From the IMG/VR virus record IMGVR_UViG_3300006880_000001, positions 65,360-129,359 of that record: a DNA stretch of 64,000 bases. The stretch is one strand, 5' to 3'. The stretch's first letter is position 1, and the number at the start of each line of letters is the position of its first letter. Origin of the DNA: a virus. The position numbers and the translations under genes are program-made. A model generated the notes under the pieces. It was not told where the DNA came from. It searched no databases and saw nothing but the letters and a program-made list of their open reading frames with translations. This document shows, piece by piece, positions 46,180 to 57,280 of the stretch.

Positions 46180-49100
46180 GTGAACGGGGACGACACGGAA
46201 GCCCTCCCGGCCCGACCTGCGATCCGCGGGACCACGGAGGGTGCCGAGTGCTGGCGCTGCCCGTTTGCGGCGGCCGGGCGCCCAGCCCGTGCGGTAACGG
46301 CGGAAGGTCCTGAGGATCCCACCTGGATCCTGCTCTCCGACTACCCCGGACGTACCGAAGTCATCTTCGGTCGTCCGCTTTGTTTGGTGCCGGAGACCCT
46401 TGTCCTGATGGCTGATTTGACTTGGCGTCCGTTGGGAGATCTCCTCGTCGGCGACAAGATCTTGACGATCGAAGACGAACCACAGCCTGATCCAAGGTCC
46501 CGCTTCGGACGAGCCGCCAGACGCTGGGTCGTCGCGGAGGTGACCGCCGCCGTCCGGCATAGATCACCAACGGTCCGTGTTGCAACATCTGAGGGTTCTC
46601 TAGTTGGATCAGGGGACCACCGCGTCCTCACGTCCATCGACATCAAGGACCCCGACGGTCGGCGGCGAAAGGGCAGGAAACAGTGGACACGGATGGATCG
46701 GCTAGTCTGCGGTCCAACGCGCCGATCACAGATTGTATTCGTCGAAAAGCCGTGGGGTACGCTGACCAGCTACGACGCTGGTTGGTTGGCGGGTGCGTTG
46801 GATGGCGAAGGGTACGTCGCCGGTTCAAAGCGCATGGGGAAACGGACCGGGAAGTACGGAACGATCGGGTTCTCGCAAAACGTTGGAGATGTCTACGACC
46901 GATTCGTAACAATCGCGGAGACGTTGGGCTTCGCGCTCCGAGCCAGAGAAGACGTCGCTGAGGGCACCCAAACCAACCGTGGCCGCCACAGCACCACGCA
47001 CGTGAAGAGCCACGTACGCGGTGGCACGGTAGCGTGGATGCGGTTGATTGGATCCGTGCGTCCGGTACGGCTCCTCCCGCAATTCGTCGACGCTATCCAG
47101 GGGAAGCAGTCCCACCATTCTTGGCGGAGGGCGGTCGTCCATACCCGTGCAGACGCCGGCGTTCAGGACGTCGTAGACATTACCACGACGGCTGGAACCT
47201 TCATTGCTAACGGTTTCGTAGTCCACAACTGCGGCCAGACCGGCAAAGTCGTGGATCGGATGCTCGCCGCCGTCGGCCGCCCGCGGAAGGAGATCTGGAT
47301 CACCAACACCACGCTCTGCATCAAGGACGGCGCCACCGACGACGACAAAGCGGCCGCCGTCCGCGCCTGTCGGCCGCGCCTCCTGCACGAGCTCCGGCGC
47401 TTCCCGGGCAAGCCCATCCTCGCCCTGGGCGGCTACGCAGCCCGTGCCGTCATCCCCCACGTCCTCCAGCTCAGCAAGGCCGAGCAGATCGCCGCCGCGG
47501 CCGCGATGGCTACGGAGGCTGTGGAGCCGCCGCTCCCGCCCGAGCTCGTCGCCAAGGACGATCCCGAGTACCGCCGGCTCATCGAACGCGGCCAACGCTT
47601 CGCGGACGAGGTCGACGCCGGAACCCGCCTCCTGCCCAAGGATCGGGCCAAGAAGAAGCGGACGCCGGAGGAGCGCGAGGAGGAGATCCGCCGGCGGCAC
47701 GAGACGCGAGAGGCCAAACAGTTGGCCAAGGAGCGGCAGAAGGAGGAGCGGAAGCGGTTAGCGAAGGGGCTCCAGCTGACCGACGTCCTGTCGACGCTCC
47801 ACACCGCGGACGTCGACGGGTCGGGGCCGCGGGAGATCGTCGTCAACGTCAACCCGGCTGCGCTGCTGAAGGCGGGGGGCCGGGCCATCGCCGGGTCGCA
47901 CACCCCGGACCTGGGCTACTACAACATCCTCTACGACATCGGTAAGATCGACGCCCTCGCCCGCGGTGTCGACATCCGGCTCCACGCCGAGACCGACGTC
48001 GAGTACGTCGACGACGCCCGCGCCACCTTCATCTTCCTCGAGATGCTCCGGGAGATCCGCAACGGGTGCAAGCGGGCCACCATCGACCTCGAGACCTACG
48101 TCGAGGACGACGTCCGCCACACGGCCCTCATGCCGTACGTGGCCCGGATCCGCGCCATCGGGATCGGGACCCCGGACCGGGCGGTCTGCGTCCTCTGGGA
48201 TCTCTTGTCGCCATACGCCAAGGAAGTTTTGAAGGCGTTCCTGGTCGACATGACCGTCACCAAGGGCGGCCACAACTTCCTCCTGTACGACTGCGCGGTC
48301 TTCGAGGCGAACGGCTTTCGCATCGACGGACCCACCTTCGACACGATGTTCCTCCACCACGCCGCGTTCCCCGGTGTGGCGCACCGCCTGCAGCTCGTAA
48401 CGGCGCAGTTCTACGGCGTCCCGCCCTGGAAGTCGGAGTTCCGCGACGGCGACGAGTCCATCCCCGAGCTCGTCGACTACTGCGCCAAGGACGTGGCTGG
48501 AACCGCCAAGATCGAGATCCCGCTCGCAGCCTGGGTGCGGAAGACCGACACCGAGCGGGTCTACGAGATCGACAAGGTCCAGGGCGACATCGCGCGTGCC
48601 ATGCACCTGGTTGGCGTCCCCATCGACCGGGACGTCAACGAGCACCTGCTCCAGACCTTCCGCAAGAACGTCGCCGACGCCGAGGAGAAGATCCTCGCCA
48701 TCGCGCACGAGCCGTCCATCCAGGAGCGGATCCGGAGCTTCATTTCCTACGAGCAGGCCAAGACCCGACGGAAGAGCGACCCCGTCGAGTTCATGCCGCG
48801 GTACCACACCCGGCTCGCGGATCTCGGCAAGAAGGAGGCCAAGGGTAAATGGGCATGGTCCGTGACCAAGAACGCGGACATCATCGGCCTCCTGCGCGCG
48901 CTGGGCATCAACCTCTACAAGCTGACGCCGACCGGCAAGATCTCGACCTCGAAGGCGGTCTTCGAGGACCTGATCCACCACGACATCGTCCGCGAGATCG
49001 TCCTCTACCGCGAGAACGACAAGCTGCTCTCGACCTTCCTCTTCCGCATGTTCGATCGGGAGACGAAGAAGGGTCTGGTCCCCGGCTACACCGACCGCAA

Positions 49101-49965
49101 CAGCCGCTGCCATCCGGTCTGGCGGACCATCCTGATCTCCGGTCGATGGGCGTCGACGACGCCGGTCATGTCGAACGTGCCCAAGGCGGACAAGAAGAAG
49201 AACCGCCCCAACCTACGCGCCCAGGTGGTGGCTCCAAAGGGGCGAATCTTCTGCGGGTTCGATTTTTCGCAGATCGAAGCTAGGCTCATCGCGCTCCGCT
49301 CCGGCGACCCTTGGCTGACCAACGTCTTCGCCACCGGCCAGGACATCCATACCGTTTGCACTCGCGAGTGGTACCCCGGCTTCGACGAGCTCAAGAAGGC
49401 GGATCCCGAGCGCGCCAAGAACGTCCGTGACGCCACCAAGCGCTTCGAGTACGGCGCCTTCTACAAGGGCTCGATCGAGACCTTGTGGAAGACTCTCATG
49501 AAGGACGGCTACCAGGTCAAGATCGCGGACGTCGAGAAGGCGGTTCGTATCCTCATGACCAAGATGGCGCGGGTCCCCATCTGGCAGGATGACTGCCTCC
49601 GCAAGGCCACGACGCCGCCGTACACCATCTACTCGGCCATCCTCAAGCGCCGCCGGGTGTTCCCCCTCAACGTGGACCCGGGTGAAGCTGTGAACTCGGA
49701 GATCCAACCTTCGGCCGCCGACATCATGAACATCGGCATGTGGCGGATGTGGCAACGACTTCCGAAGTACAACGGCTACCAGACGATCCAGGTCGGTAAG
49801 GGCTGCTACCCCTTGCTCCAGATACACGACGCCTGCGTCTACGAATGCGACGAAGACGACGCCGACGAAGTGGCAAAGGACATTAAGGAATGTTTCGAAC
49901 AGGAATATGGAGGCGTTCCATTCCCCGTCGAAATCGACATCGGAAAGAGTTGGGCTGATGTCTAG
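46180..49965 (+). CDS. polA: Family A DNA polymerase with N-terminal family-4 uracil-DNA glycosylase-like domain, 3'-5' exonuclease and an intein
   Basis: CWRCP, DYPG..E...GRPL/CG.TG, ITN...C, LALG (UDG); IDLET, HN..YD, YCAKD (exo); DFSQIEAR, K...YG..Y, QIHD (pol motifs A, B, C). Confidence 0.92.
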   Translation: MNGDDTEALPARPAIRGTTEGAECWRCPFAAAGRPARAVTAEGPEDPTWILLSDYPGRTEVIFGRPLCLVPETLVLMADLTWRPLGDLLVGDKILTIEDEPQPDPRSRFGRAARRWVVAEVTAAVRHRSPTVRVATSEGSLVGSGDHRVLTSIDIKDPDGRRRKGRKQWTRMDRLVCGPTRRSQIVFVEKPWGTLTSYDAGWLAGALDGEGYVAGSKRMGKRTGKYGTIGFSQNVGDVYDRFVTIAETLGFALRAREDVAEGTQTNRGRHSTTHVKSHVRGGTVAWMRLIGSVRPVRLLPQFVDAIQGKQSHHSWRRAVVHTRADAGVQDVVDITTTAGTFIANGFVVHNCGQTGKVVDRMLAAVGRPRKEIWITNTTLCIKDGATDDDKAAAVRACRPRLLHELRRFPGKPILALGGYAARAVIPHVLQLSKAEQIAAAAAMATEAVEPPLPPELVAKDDPEYRRLIERGQRFADEVDAGTRLLPKDRAKKKRTPEEREEEIRRRHETREAKQLAKERQKEERKRLAKGLQLTDVLSTLHTADVDGSGPREIVVNVNPAALLKAGGRAIAGSHTPDLGYYNILYDIGKIDALARGVDIRLHAETDVEYVDDARATFIFLEMLREIRNGCKRATIDLETYVEDDVRHTALMPYVARIRAIGIGTPDRAVCVLWDLLSPYAKEVLKAFLVDMTVTKGGHNFLLYDCAVFEANGFRIDGPTFDTMFLHHAAFPGVAHRLQLVTAQFYGVPPWKSEFRDGDESIPELVDYCAKDVAGTAKIEIPLAAWVRKTDTERVYEIDKVQGDIARAMHLVGVPIDRDVNEHLLQTFRKNVADAEEKILAIAHEPSIQERIRSFISYEQAKTRRKSDPVEFMPRYHTRLADLGKKEAKGKWAWSVTKNADIIGLLRALGINLYKLTPTGKISTSKAVFEDLIHHDIVREIVLYRENDKLLSTFLFRMFDRETKKGLVPGYTDRNSRCHPVWRTILISGRWASTTPVMSNVPKADKKKNRPNLRAQVVAPKGRIFCGFDFSQIEARLIALRSGDPWLTNVFATGQDIHTVCTREWYPGFDELKKADPERAKNVRDATKRFEYGAFYKGSIETLWKTLMKDGYQVKIADVEKAVRILMTKMARVPIWQDDCLRKATTPPYTIYSAILKRRRVFPLNVDPGEAVNSEIQPSAADIMNIGMWRMWQRLPKYNGYQTIQVGKGCYPLLQIHDACVYECDEDDADEVAKDIKECFEQEYGGVPFPVEIDIGKSWADV
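46381..47229 (+). mobile_element. Intein (283 aa) with LAGLIDADG endonuclease motif
   Basis: Begins CLVPETLV; block B DHRVL; WLAGALDGEG; ends VVDITT..GTFIANGFVVHN followed by Cys+1; visibly more AT-rich codons. Confidence 0.92.
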
Positions 49966-50479
49966 GGCCACGGACCTTACCAGCCGCAGATTCGAGCGCC
50001 TGGTCGTGCAGCACGAAGCCGGCCGAGACAAGGGAGGCCGCGCCATTTGGTGGGCAAAATGTGATTGTGGCAGTGTGGTTCGCGTAATGGCGACGAACCT
50101 CATGCGCGGTCAGGTACGGTCTTGCGGATGCCTACGGCGAGAACGGTCGGCGGCCGTACACCACAGACACGGGCACAACAAGCGAGGGGATGCAGGTCCG
50201 AGTCGCGAGTATCTGACCTGGTTGAGGATGAAGGCGCGGTGCTGTAACGCTAACAACCCAGATTATCCGGCCTATGGCGGCCGAGGCGTCCGTCTACATC
50301 CTGCATGGCAACAAGACTTTGTTGCGTTCTTGGCGTACCTGCACAATACCATCGGGCCTCATCCCGGGAAGGGATACAGCGTCGATCGCATCGACAATGA
50401 GAGCGGCTACGTCCCAGGCAACATCCGATGGGCAACGGCCAAGGTCCAAGCTAACAACCGTCGCCAACGCCACCGATGA
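49958..50479 (+). CDS. Phage HNH-family homing endonuclease
   Basis: FERLVV, KCDCG, SCGC, YGGRGV, SVDRIDNESGYVPGNIRWAT; overlaps the polymerase stop. Confidence 0.85.
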   Translation: MSRATDLTSRRFERLVVQHEAGRDKGGRAIWWAKCDCGSVVRVMATNLMRGQVRSCGCLRRERSAAVHHRHGHNKRGDAGPSREYLTWLRMKARCCNANNPDYPAYGGRGVRLHPAWQQDFVAFLAYLHNTIGPHPGKGYSVDRIDNESGYVPGNIRWATAKVQANNRRQRHR

Positions 50480-50514
50480 CCGGCTGCGCCAAGAGCTGGG
50501 ACCTCGTCTGAACG

Positions 50515-50535
50515 GTCACCGGGAGCTGCTACGCT
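50515..50535 (+). promoter_or_regulatory. GTCACC-N6-TGnTA motif
   Basis: GTCACC GGGAGC TGC TACGCT; GTG 50542 6 nt later. Confidence 0.7.
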
Positions 50536-50541
50536 CCCGCC

Positions 50542-51583
50542 GTGCACTACAAGCTGGATCTGGCGCGCATCACTGGGATCACCGTCACCGGGGGCAGCAC
50601 CGGGACCATCACCGTCGTCGCCACGCCACCCGGCTACGTCGTCGCGGAGCTCCCTGCCATCGTCATCCCCTACGAAGTCGTCGACGACGACGACTGCGAA
50701 GGACACCCCATGTCGATCGTGAACAACCTCGAGCACCACACCGGAGAGAACTCCATGACCGCGCGAACCATCCCCATCGTCGAGAAGACCCCACCCGCGA
50801 CCGTCAAGATCCACAAGGGGACGCTCATCCTCCACGGCCAGCGCAGCAAGAGGGCGATCGCACGCACGTCGATCACCGCGATCGAGATCTGGCGGCCTGG
50901 TCCAGGTAACTCGCTCCAGGAGGGTTGTGTGGTGGCGTCCATCGGCGGGATCGGTCCGTCATCAACGCCGTTCGAGATCGTCATGACGGAGGCCGACGCC
51001 GAGAGCGTCTTCGCCTGGTTCTGCGAGGGTGCGGAGAACGGTCACCGGGAGGTGTTAGGTTCGGGTCGATGAGCACCAAAGTGGTCTACCGAACTGAGAG
51101 CATCGAGGTGGAAATCCCGGTCGGAGACGGGATGCGTACCATGCGCCTGGTGAATTATGGGCATGGCTGGGATGCCTACATCACCCTGGGCACGCCGGCG
51201 GACCACCGCAGCAACACCCCAGACGACGCGGCACGACTCCTCAAGGAGGAGATCATCGTGCTCGCCGAGGCCCTCTCCAAGGTCCAGTTCTGATGTTCTT
51301 CGGGAAGCTCCTGGGTAGGATTAGCAACAAGCGCTGCGTCGAGATCCGAACGGACGCGAAGGAGGCGACTGTCGGCGAGGCGAAGCTCATGGCCGAGGAG
51401 CTGTTGTACTGGCGCGCCAGGGCGATGCTCATCACCAACGGGCAAATCCTGGCGCTCAAATGCGACTACTGCGGACATGAGCAAGATGTCCGCCTCGACC
51501 CAAATACGAGACCCATCTTCAATGGCGTCCCCTGCGACCGCTGTGGGCTGTTCATGCCCGCGAAGGACTACGAAGGCCCATGA
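50542..51583 (+). other. Three hypothetical CDS (50542-51072, 51069-51293, 51293-51583 Zn-ribbon)
   Basis: Coupled ORFs; a second motif copy at 51041-51061 precedes ATG 51069. Confidence 0.55.
51041..51061 (+). promoter_or_regulatory. GTCACC-N6-TGnTA motif
   Basis: GTCACC GGGAGG TGT TAGGTT; ATG 7 nt later. Confidence 0.7.
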
Positions 51584-52704
51584 CCGCCATCACCGCCCAC
51601 ATCCTCGCCGACTCCATCTCCTACCGCGGCCACCGGCTCACGACCTGGGAGCTCACCTACCCGCGCTTCATCCACTCCGAGCTCCTGACCCACGGCCTCT
51701 TCCGTCGGAACGCGGCGTCGTCCCGTGCGATCCCGACTGCGAAGCTGCGTGAGCGAGTTCTGACCGGACCGGCGATCCCGGTTCACTGGGGGCAGAACCA
51801 GAAGGGGATGCAGGCGGACCACGAGGTCTCCGATCCGGAGATCGCCCGCGAGTGGTGGCTGCGTGGCCGCGACCTCATGGCGGCCCACCACGAGGAGGGC
51901 GAGCGGCTGGGCCTCCACAAGCAGATCGTCAACCGGGTGATCGAGCCCTGGATGATGATCACGGTCATCCTGTCGGCCACCGACTGGGCCAACTACTTCC
52001 ACCAACGCGCACACAAGGACGCCGAGCCCAACTTCCAGAAGCTCGCCCACCTCATGCGCGAGATGTACTTCGACACCCTTCCGGTCGAGGTCGCCACCGG
52101 CGATTGGCATATGCCGTTCGTCCAAGACGAGGACTGGAAGTTGACCGCTGGCATGGCGAGCCAACTCATCACCTTGTTGAGGGTCTCGGCCGGACGCTGT
52201 GCTCGTGTCTCATACCTCACCCACGACGGGCGACGCGACCTTCAGGAGGACGTCGACCTCTGCGGGCGGCTCATCCAGGTCGACAATCCAGAGGCACCGA
52301 TGCATGCCTCGCCACTCGACCACCCGGCGCAAGCCACCGGCGACGATGTCCGTCACGGAACCTTCCTCGGATGGAAGGGCTTCCGCAAGACGTTCACCGG
52401 CGAAGACGGACCAGACACGACCATCAAATGCCCACGCTGCGGCATCTGGGGAGGCCAGCATTCTTCGAAATGCCGCTGGAGGGCGTACAGCCTGCGCCAG
52501 CAGATCGTCAACATCGCCGTGGGCGAAGGCCTCGACATCATGTACGGCACCGACAACCTGGCTACGCTGCTCGACGCGTTGGCGATGAAGGCGTTCCGCG
52601 CAGGTTGGGCGTTGGAGAGCCCGGAGACGCGGGCGATCCGGCGAGGGCTACAACTCGTGGAGAGGGGATGGATCCCTGAGGACGAGCCGGCGGTGTTGCG
52701 ATGA
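51580..52704 (+). CDS. thyX: Flavin-dependent thymidylate synthase (phage Thy1/ThyX type) with C-terminal extension
   Basis: ILADS, YPRFIHSELLTH..F.RNAASSRAIP, HKQIVNR.IEPW, SAGRCARVSYLTH, HASP..H.A. Confidence 0.88.
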   Translation: MTAITAHILADSISYRGHRLTTWELTYPRFIHSELLTHGLFRRNAASSRAIPTAKLRERVLTGPAIPVHWGQNQKGMQADHEVSDPEIAREWWLRGRDLMAAHHEEGERLGLHKQIVNRVIEPWMMITVILSATDWANYFHQRAHKDAEPNFQKLAHLMREMYFDTLPVEVATGDWHMPFVQDEDWKLTAGMASQLITLLRVSAGRCARVSYLTHDGRRDLQEDVDLCGRLIQVDNPEAPMHASPLDHPAQATGDDVRHGTFLGWKGFRKTFTGEDGPDTTIKCPRCGIWGGQHSSKCRWRAYSLRQQIVNIAVGEGLDIMYGTDNLATLLDALAMKAFRAGWALESPETRAIRRGLQLVERGWIPEDEPAVLR

Positions 52705-53607
52705 AGGGGACCGGCCACGCGGAGGATTGTCAATTCGTCAGCTACGGCGGCCCGACCTGCAACTGCGACTCCACGCAAGGCGACCACGCGGTCGCGTGCG
52801 AAGCCCGGCGTCGGATCGTTCAGTCCATGCAGGTGCAAGGCTGGCAGCTGGAGGCACGTAACGACCCGCCAAGCTCCCTCCACTTCGCCCGTCGGATGGG
52901 CGACCACGTCGTGCTGGTGACTCGGCTCATCGACGGTTGGCAGTTCCATTGGTTCAAGCGACAGCTCGTGATCGCGGAGTCCCGTGGCTTCGCGACCGTC
53001 GAGGAGTGCCTCGAAGGCTTCTGGAAGGCCATCGGCGACACTTGGGATGCGCTGCGCGAGGCCCTCGTCGCCGCACTCAAGGAGGCGAAGTGAAGGTCGG
53101 CATCATCGCCAAGGAGCCTCGTAAGGGCCGCCCGACCATCGCGGAGCGCAAGGCGGCCGAGAAGCTGATCTCCGACCTCCAGGAGCTCCTGGACAACGAG
53201 ATGGAGCCGTACCGCGTCAAGGGTGCAGGTGCGTCCGGTCGCATGAAGGAAGTCGTGGCTGGCATCGAAGCCTACTGGCAGACCCGCGGCGTCTCCGCGA
53301 GAGAGGCCAGCGGTTGGCGGCTCAAGCAAAGCCTGAAGGCCGCTGCCAAGGAGGCGGCTGCGCTGCCGGACTGGATGCGCGCCGGAGCCCAACGCCGAGA
53401 GGAGACGTGATGGGGAGGTCGAACGGCAAAACGTTTGTCATCCTCCTCGTCACCGTGATCGCTCTTGGGACGATGGTTTTGGTCGGCCTGTTCCTGGAGG
53501 GCGGCGACAAGGAAACGGCGAAGGCGGTCGCTGCGATCGGTGGTGCCATGGCAGCCTTCGTCGTGGTCGTCAGCGTCGTATGCCTCCTCGGGGAAGACGA
53601 GACGTAG
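52701..53607 (+). other. Three small CDS (52701-53093, 53090-53410, 53410-53607 two-TM)
   Basis: Overlapping start/stop codons. Confidence 0.5.
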
Positions 53608-53730
53608 TTCAAGCGCCGTGACGTCGCGGTAGCAAGCCGGGGAAGCGGGGGCGCGGGCCCTTCTGGATAGCCGGTCATGAACTGATGACGAAGGGTCCGC
53701 ACTTTTGTAGCTCGCAGAGGAGACGAACCG

Positions 53731-54498
53731 ATGATCGTATGTTTCGAGGGAATCGACGCGTCGGGCAAGAACACCCAATCGAAGGCGTTGGCTACTCACC
53801 CCGACATCCTGGCCGCCTTCACCGAGGTGCGGCTGTTCGACTTCCCCCACTACCAGGGCCTCGCCGGTGGTGTCGTCGGCCGCATCCTGAAGGGCGAGGT
53901 CATCATCGCGACGCCGGATCAGATCGACGCGAACTACGACGACCTGCCCGACTACAACGGCCTGAAAAAGCTGTGGAGCCACGACAAGGCGGTCATCATT
54001 CAGTCGGTGATGCTCGCCGACCGCGGTGAGTTCTCGGCGATGCTGCGCGACTTCGAGGACGACCCGACGCGTCTCCTCATCCTCGATCGCTACTACCTGT
54101 CGGGCAACGTCTACGGCCAAGCCGACGGCCTTCCGCTCGAGTGGCTTGACGCCATCCACAGCGTCCTGCCGCGGCCGGACATCGCGTTCCTCCTGGACAT
54201 CACCGTCGAGGAGTCGTTCCGCCGACGGCCGGAGCGGCGGGACTACTACGAGAAGAACACGGACAAGCTCCTTGCCGTTCGCGAGCTCTACCACACCGAG
54301 TTCAAGCGCGTGACGAACCTCGACGAGTTCGACTGTCACATCCTCGCCGCCGATCGCCCCGACGGGGACATCACACGCGAGGTCGTCGGCATCGTCGTCT
54401 CCCTAGCCAGCATGGACTGCCCCAACTGCCAATGGCTGTCGTCGGACCCGGACGACTTCTGCAGCCGCCACAAGCCCCCGCACCACCAGGAGCCATGA
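53731..54498 (+). CDS. tmk: Thymidylate kinase
   Basis: FEGIDASGKNTQ, FP.Y, ADR, ILDRYYLSG.VY, PDIAFLLD. Confidence 0.92.
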   Translation: MIVCFEGIDASGKNTQSKALATHPDILAAFTEVRLFDFPHYQGLAGGVVGRILKGEVIIATPDQIDANYDDLPDYNGLKKLWSHDKAVIIQSVMLADRGEFSAMLRDFEDDPTRLLILDRYYLSGNVYGQADGLPLEWLDAIHSVLPRPDIAFLLDITVEESFRRRPERRDYYEKNTDKLLAVRELYHTEFKRVTNLDEFDCHILAADRPDGDITREVVGIVVSLASMDCPNCQWLSSDPDDFCSRHKPPHHQEP

Positions 54499-55468
54499 CG
54501 ATGAACCAGAGCGAGGAAGGTTGGAAGAAGGCCTGGCAGCCCCGCATCCAGTGGAGCTGGCTGCGATGGGACGCGCCGGAGGCGCAGCGACTCGGCATCA
54601 AGGATCGCCCCGCCTACATGCGCTGGGAGCCGACCACGGGCGGCGCATCCTACGTCGCCGTGCTGGACCTCCTGTGGGTCTGGGTTAGCCCCGTCGAGGC
54701 CCTGCACATCGTCCTGCGCGACTGCCCGAGCAACATGGAGCCGCGCCTCGCCGAGTGGCGCTACCTCGGCGGCGTGCTCTGTCGCCGACTCGCCACGACC
54801 GAGACGTTCACAGACATCGTCCTCTCGCTCTCGTCGCCGGTCCGCGCCCACTCCGGCTGCCGCCTGCCGCCGACGTCCCTCTGCGCTGCCGCTTCCGGTG
54901 CCCTTCGCTCCGACGCGGGGATGGAGCCGCTGGTCCAGCGGTGGCGCAACTACAACGACGCTCAGAACTTCCGGGTCAACCCACCGCAAGGAGTCTAGGT
55001 CATGAACAAGCACGAACGGGAGTGGCGCCGCCGCCAGGCGCAGGAGAAGCGCGAGGCGGAGCAGCGCGAGGAGCTGAAGAAGGCCTTCAAGGCCGAGCTC
55101 GAAGGCGTCGAGAAGGCCGTCATGGCTCTCAGCGATGCCATGCTGAACGAGAAGAAGTACGCCCCGTTCGTCGGACGCCAGGCGAGGAGGTCGGTCCTGG
55201 GGGCGGTCTTAGCGCTCCGCACCGCGCGCAACGACATGACCAAGCCAAGCGGGGCCCGATGAGCAATCAGGTCGCCAAGGAAGGGCACGTCTTCGTCTGC
55301 CAGGCCTGCGGCAAGATGAGCAGGGACCGCTACGGCAACCAGCCGATCAGTGGGGGCTGGGACGAGTCGTGCATGCTGAACTGCACCGAGGTGGCCGAAG
55401 ATCGGCTCACCATCCGCCATGGCCGTGTCGTCGAGGTCGCCGATCCGAAGGAGGTTGTGTCGCCATGA
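54495..55468 (+). other. Three hypothetical CDS (54495-54998, 55002-55262, 55259-55468 Cys motif)
   Basis: Coupled co-oriented ORFs. Confidence 0.5.
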
Positions 55469-56073
55469 AGAAGTGGCCGATCGGCGGCGAGGAGGTCCAC
55501 CTCATGCGGTCCACCGTCGCGCACCTCGTGGAGCGCAGCACGAAGGAAGACTGGACCGTCCAAGGGTTGGGCATGGCGCGCCTACGCATCGGCGACAGCA
55601 TGCGGATCCATGTCTGGAGCCCCGACTTCGGATGGGAGTCCGACCGGATCCACACCCACCCATGGTCCTTCACCTCGTTCGTCCTCGCCGGTTCGCTGCG
55701 CCAGGATCGCCTCGTCCAGCGCTACGACGGACCTGCGGAGGCGTGGTTCACGACCTGGAACCGGTCCCTGATCCGATGCGGGGAGGGGGGAGGCATCGAG
55801 TCCGCTCCTACGCAGGTGCACCTGGCGCCGGAGGCGGAGGGGGAGCTGATCCGATCCGGTGAGGCATATCGCATGGAGTACTCCGAGATCCACGCCACCT
55901 ACCCCGACGAGGTTGCGATCACCCTCGTCCACAAGCATATCCTGGCGCATGTCTCGCCCGAGCACGCCAACGTCTACTGGCGCGGCGAACGCTGGAAGTC
56001 CGCCGAGCCGCAGCCAGCCACCACCGCCGAGTGGGCCAAAGTCGTCGACATCGTCAGCGCTCGCCTGGGCTGA
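55465..56073 (+). CDS. Cupin-fold protein
   Basis: RIHVW...IHTHPWSFTSFVLAG...YRM...IH. Confidence 0.65.
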   Translation: MKKWPIGGEEVHLMRSTVAHLVERSTKEDWTVQGLGMARLRIGDSMRIHVWSPDFGWESDRIHTHPWSFTSFVLAGSLRQDRLVQRYDGPAEAWFTTWNRSLIRCGEGGGIESAPTQVHLAPEAEGELIRSGEAYRMEYSEIHATYPDEVAITLVHKHILAHVSPEHANVYWRGERWKSAEPQPATTAEWAKVVDIVSARLG

Positions 56074-56166
56074 CATGCTCCTCATCCACTGCCTCGTGAT
56101 CGTCCCCGCCGCCTGCGTGGCCTTCTGGTTGAACGTGGGCGCGGTGGTGGTCGGAATCGGAGAACC

Positions 56167-57268
56167 ATGAGCACGCTGCACCTTCCCTCCGTTGCGGGTT
56201 TCCTCGCCGAGGTCCGCCAGATCGTCCACACGTTCGCCGACTACGACGTGACACCGCAGCGCGCCGACCACACGCGTACGGGGGTGGACCTCCCTGACCA
56301 GTGCGCGCACCTCCTCTGGATGCTGGACGAGATCCGTCCCATGGCCGAATCGAAGCCGGACAAGGCCATGCGCTGGATCTGTTTCCTCCAGGGGGTGCTC
56401 TGGGCCTGGAACCTCATGAACGTCCAGGTGGGAGGAACCTGGAACTACCGCATGCTCAACGGGGGCGCGGATCCGGAAGGTGCGATCCCGGCACCGAGGA
56501 CCCCATGATTCGCTACCTGCTCCTCATGGTCCTCATCGTCTGCGTCACCATCTCCTTCGGTTGGCGCGAGGCGTTGCCGGCCTGGGACGTCGCCATCATC
56601 CTCGGCCTCGGGGTCTGCTACGGCGCTGCTGCAGCGCGAGTCATCGCCGAGCCCTCACTGCGTCGTTACCGGAAGCTGACGCAGATCGGTGCGGCGGCGA
56701 TCCACGCCCGCGAACAGGGTCCGGCGTGGACCCCAGAGCTCGAGGCTGCCGTCGTGGACGCCGCCACCTACTACGAGAAGATCGTCATCAAGAAAGGTTG
56801 AGGGCGATGGCCAGCGACTACGACGAGGAGTTGCGCGAGCTCCACAAACAGATCTGGAAGGAGGAGCAGCGCCACAGCACCCGGCGCGGGCTGCCCCACA
56901 ACTACACCGCCCTGGTGCGCGCCCGGACCCTCACGAAGCCCGAGCTGGAGCGCGTGTTGTTCGTGTGGCGAGACGCCGTCCGACGAGACCTTGGCTACGC
57001 CTTCGCGATGGGGAATGAGGAGTTCGGGTTCTCACTCGCGATCGACGTCTACGCGCCTGGCCAGCACATCTTCCCCGGCGCGGACGTTCCGCCCTCCCAC
57101 CTGATCACGGTGGGTGCGAACCATCTGCCCTGGTACAAGGGCTACAAGGAGTCGTGGCAGAAGGCGTGGGAGCTCTTCTCGGAGTTCACGCACTCGGAGA
57201 AGAACCGGAAAGCGCTCCGCGAGTGGGGCATGCCCCATCCGCGCGATGAGAGCTACTACGACTACTAG
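56167..57268 (+). other. Three hypothetical CDS (56167-56508, 56505-56801 membrane, 56807-57268)
   Basis: First has HLLWML...KAMRW..F.QG, common in phage hypotheticals. Confidence 0.55.
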
Positions 57269-57280
57269 GAGAGCCCGAAC

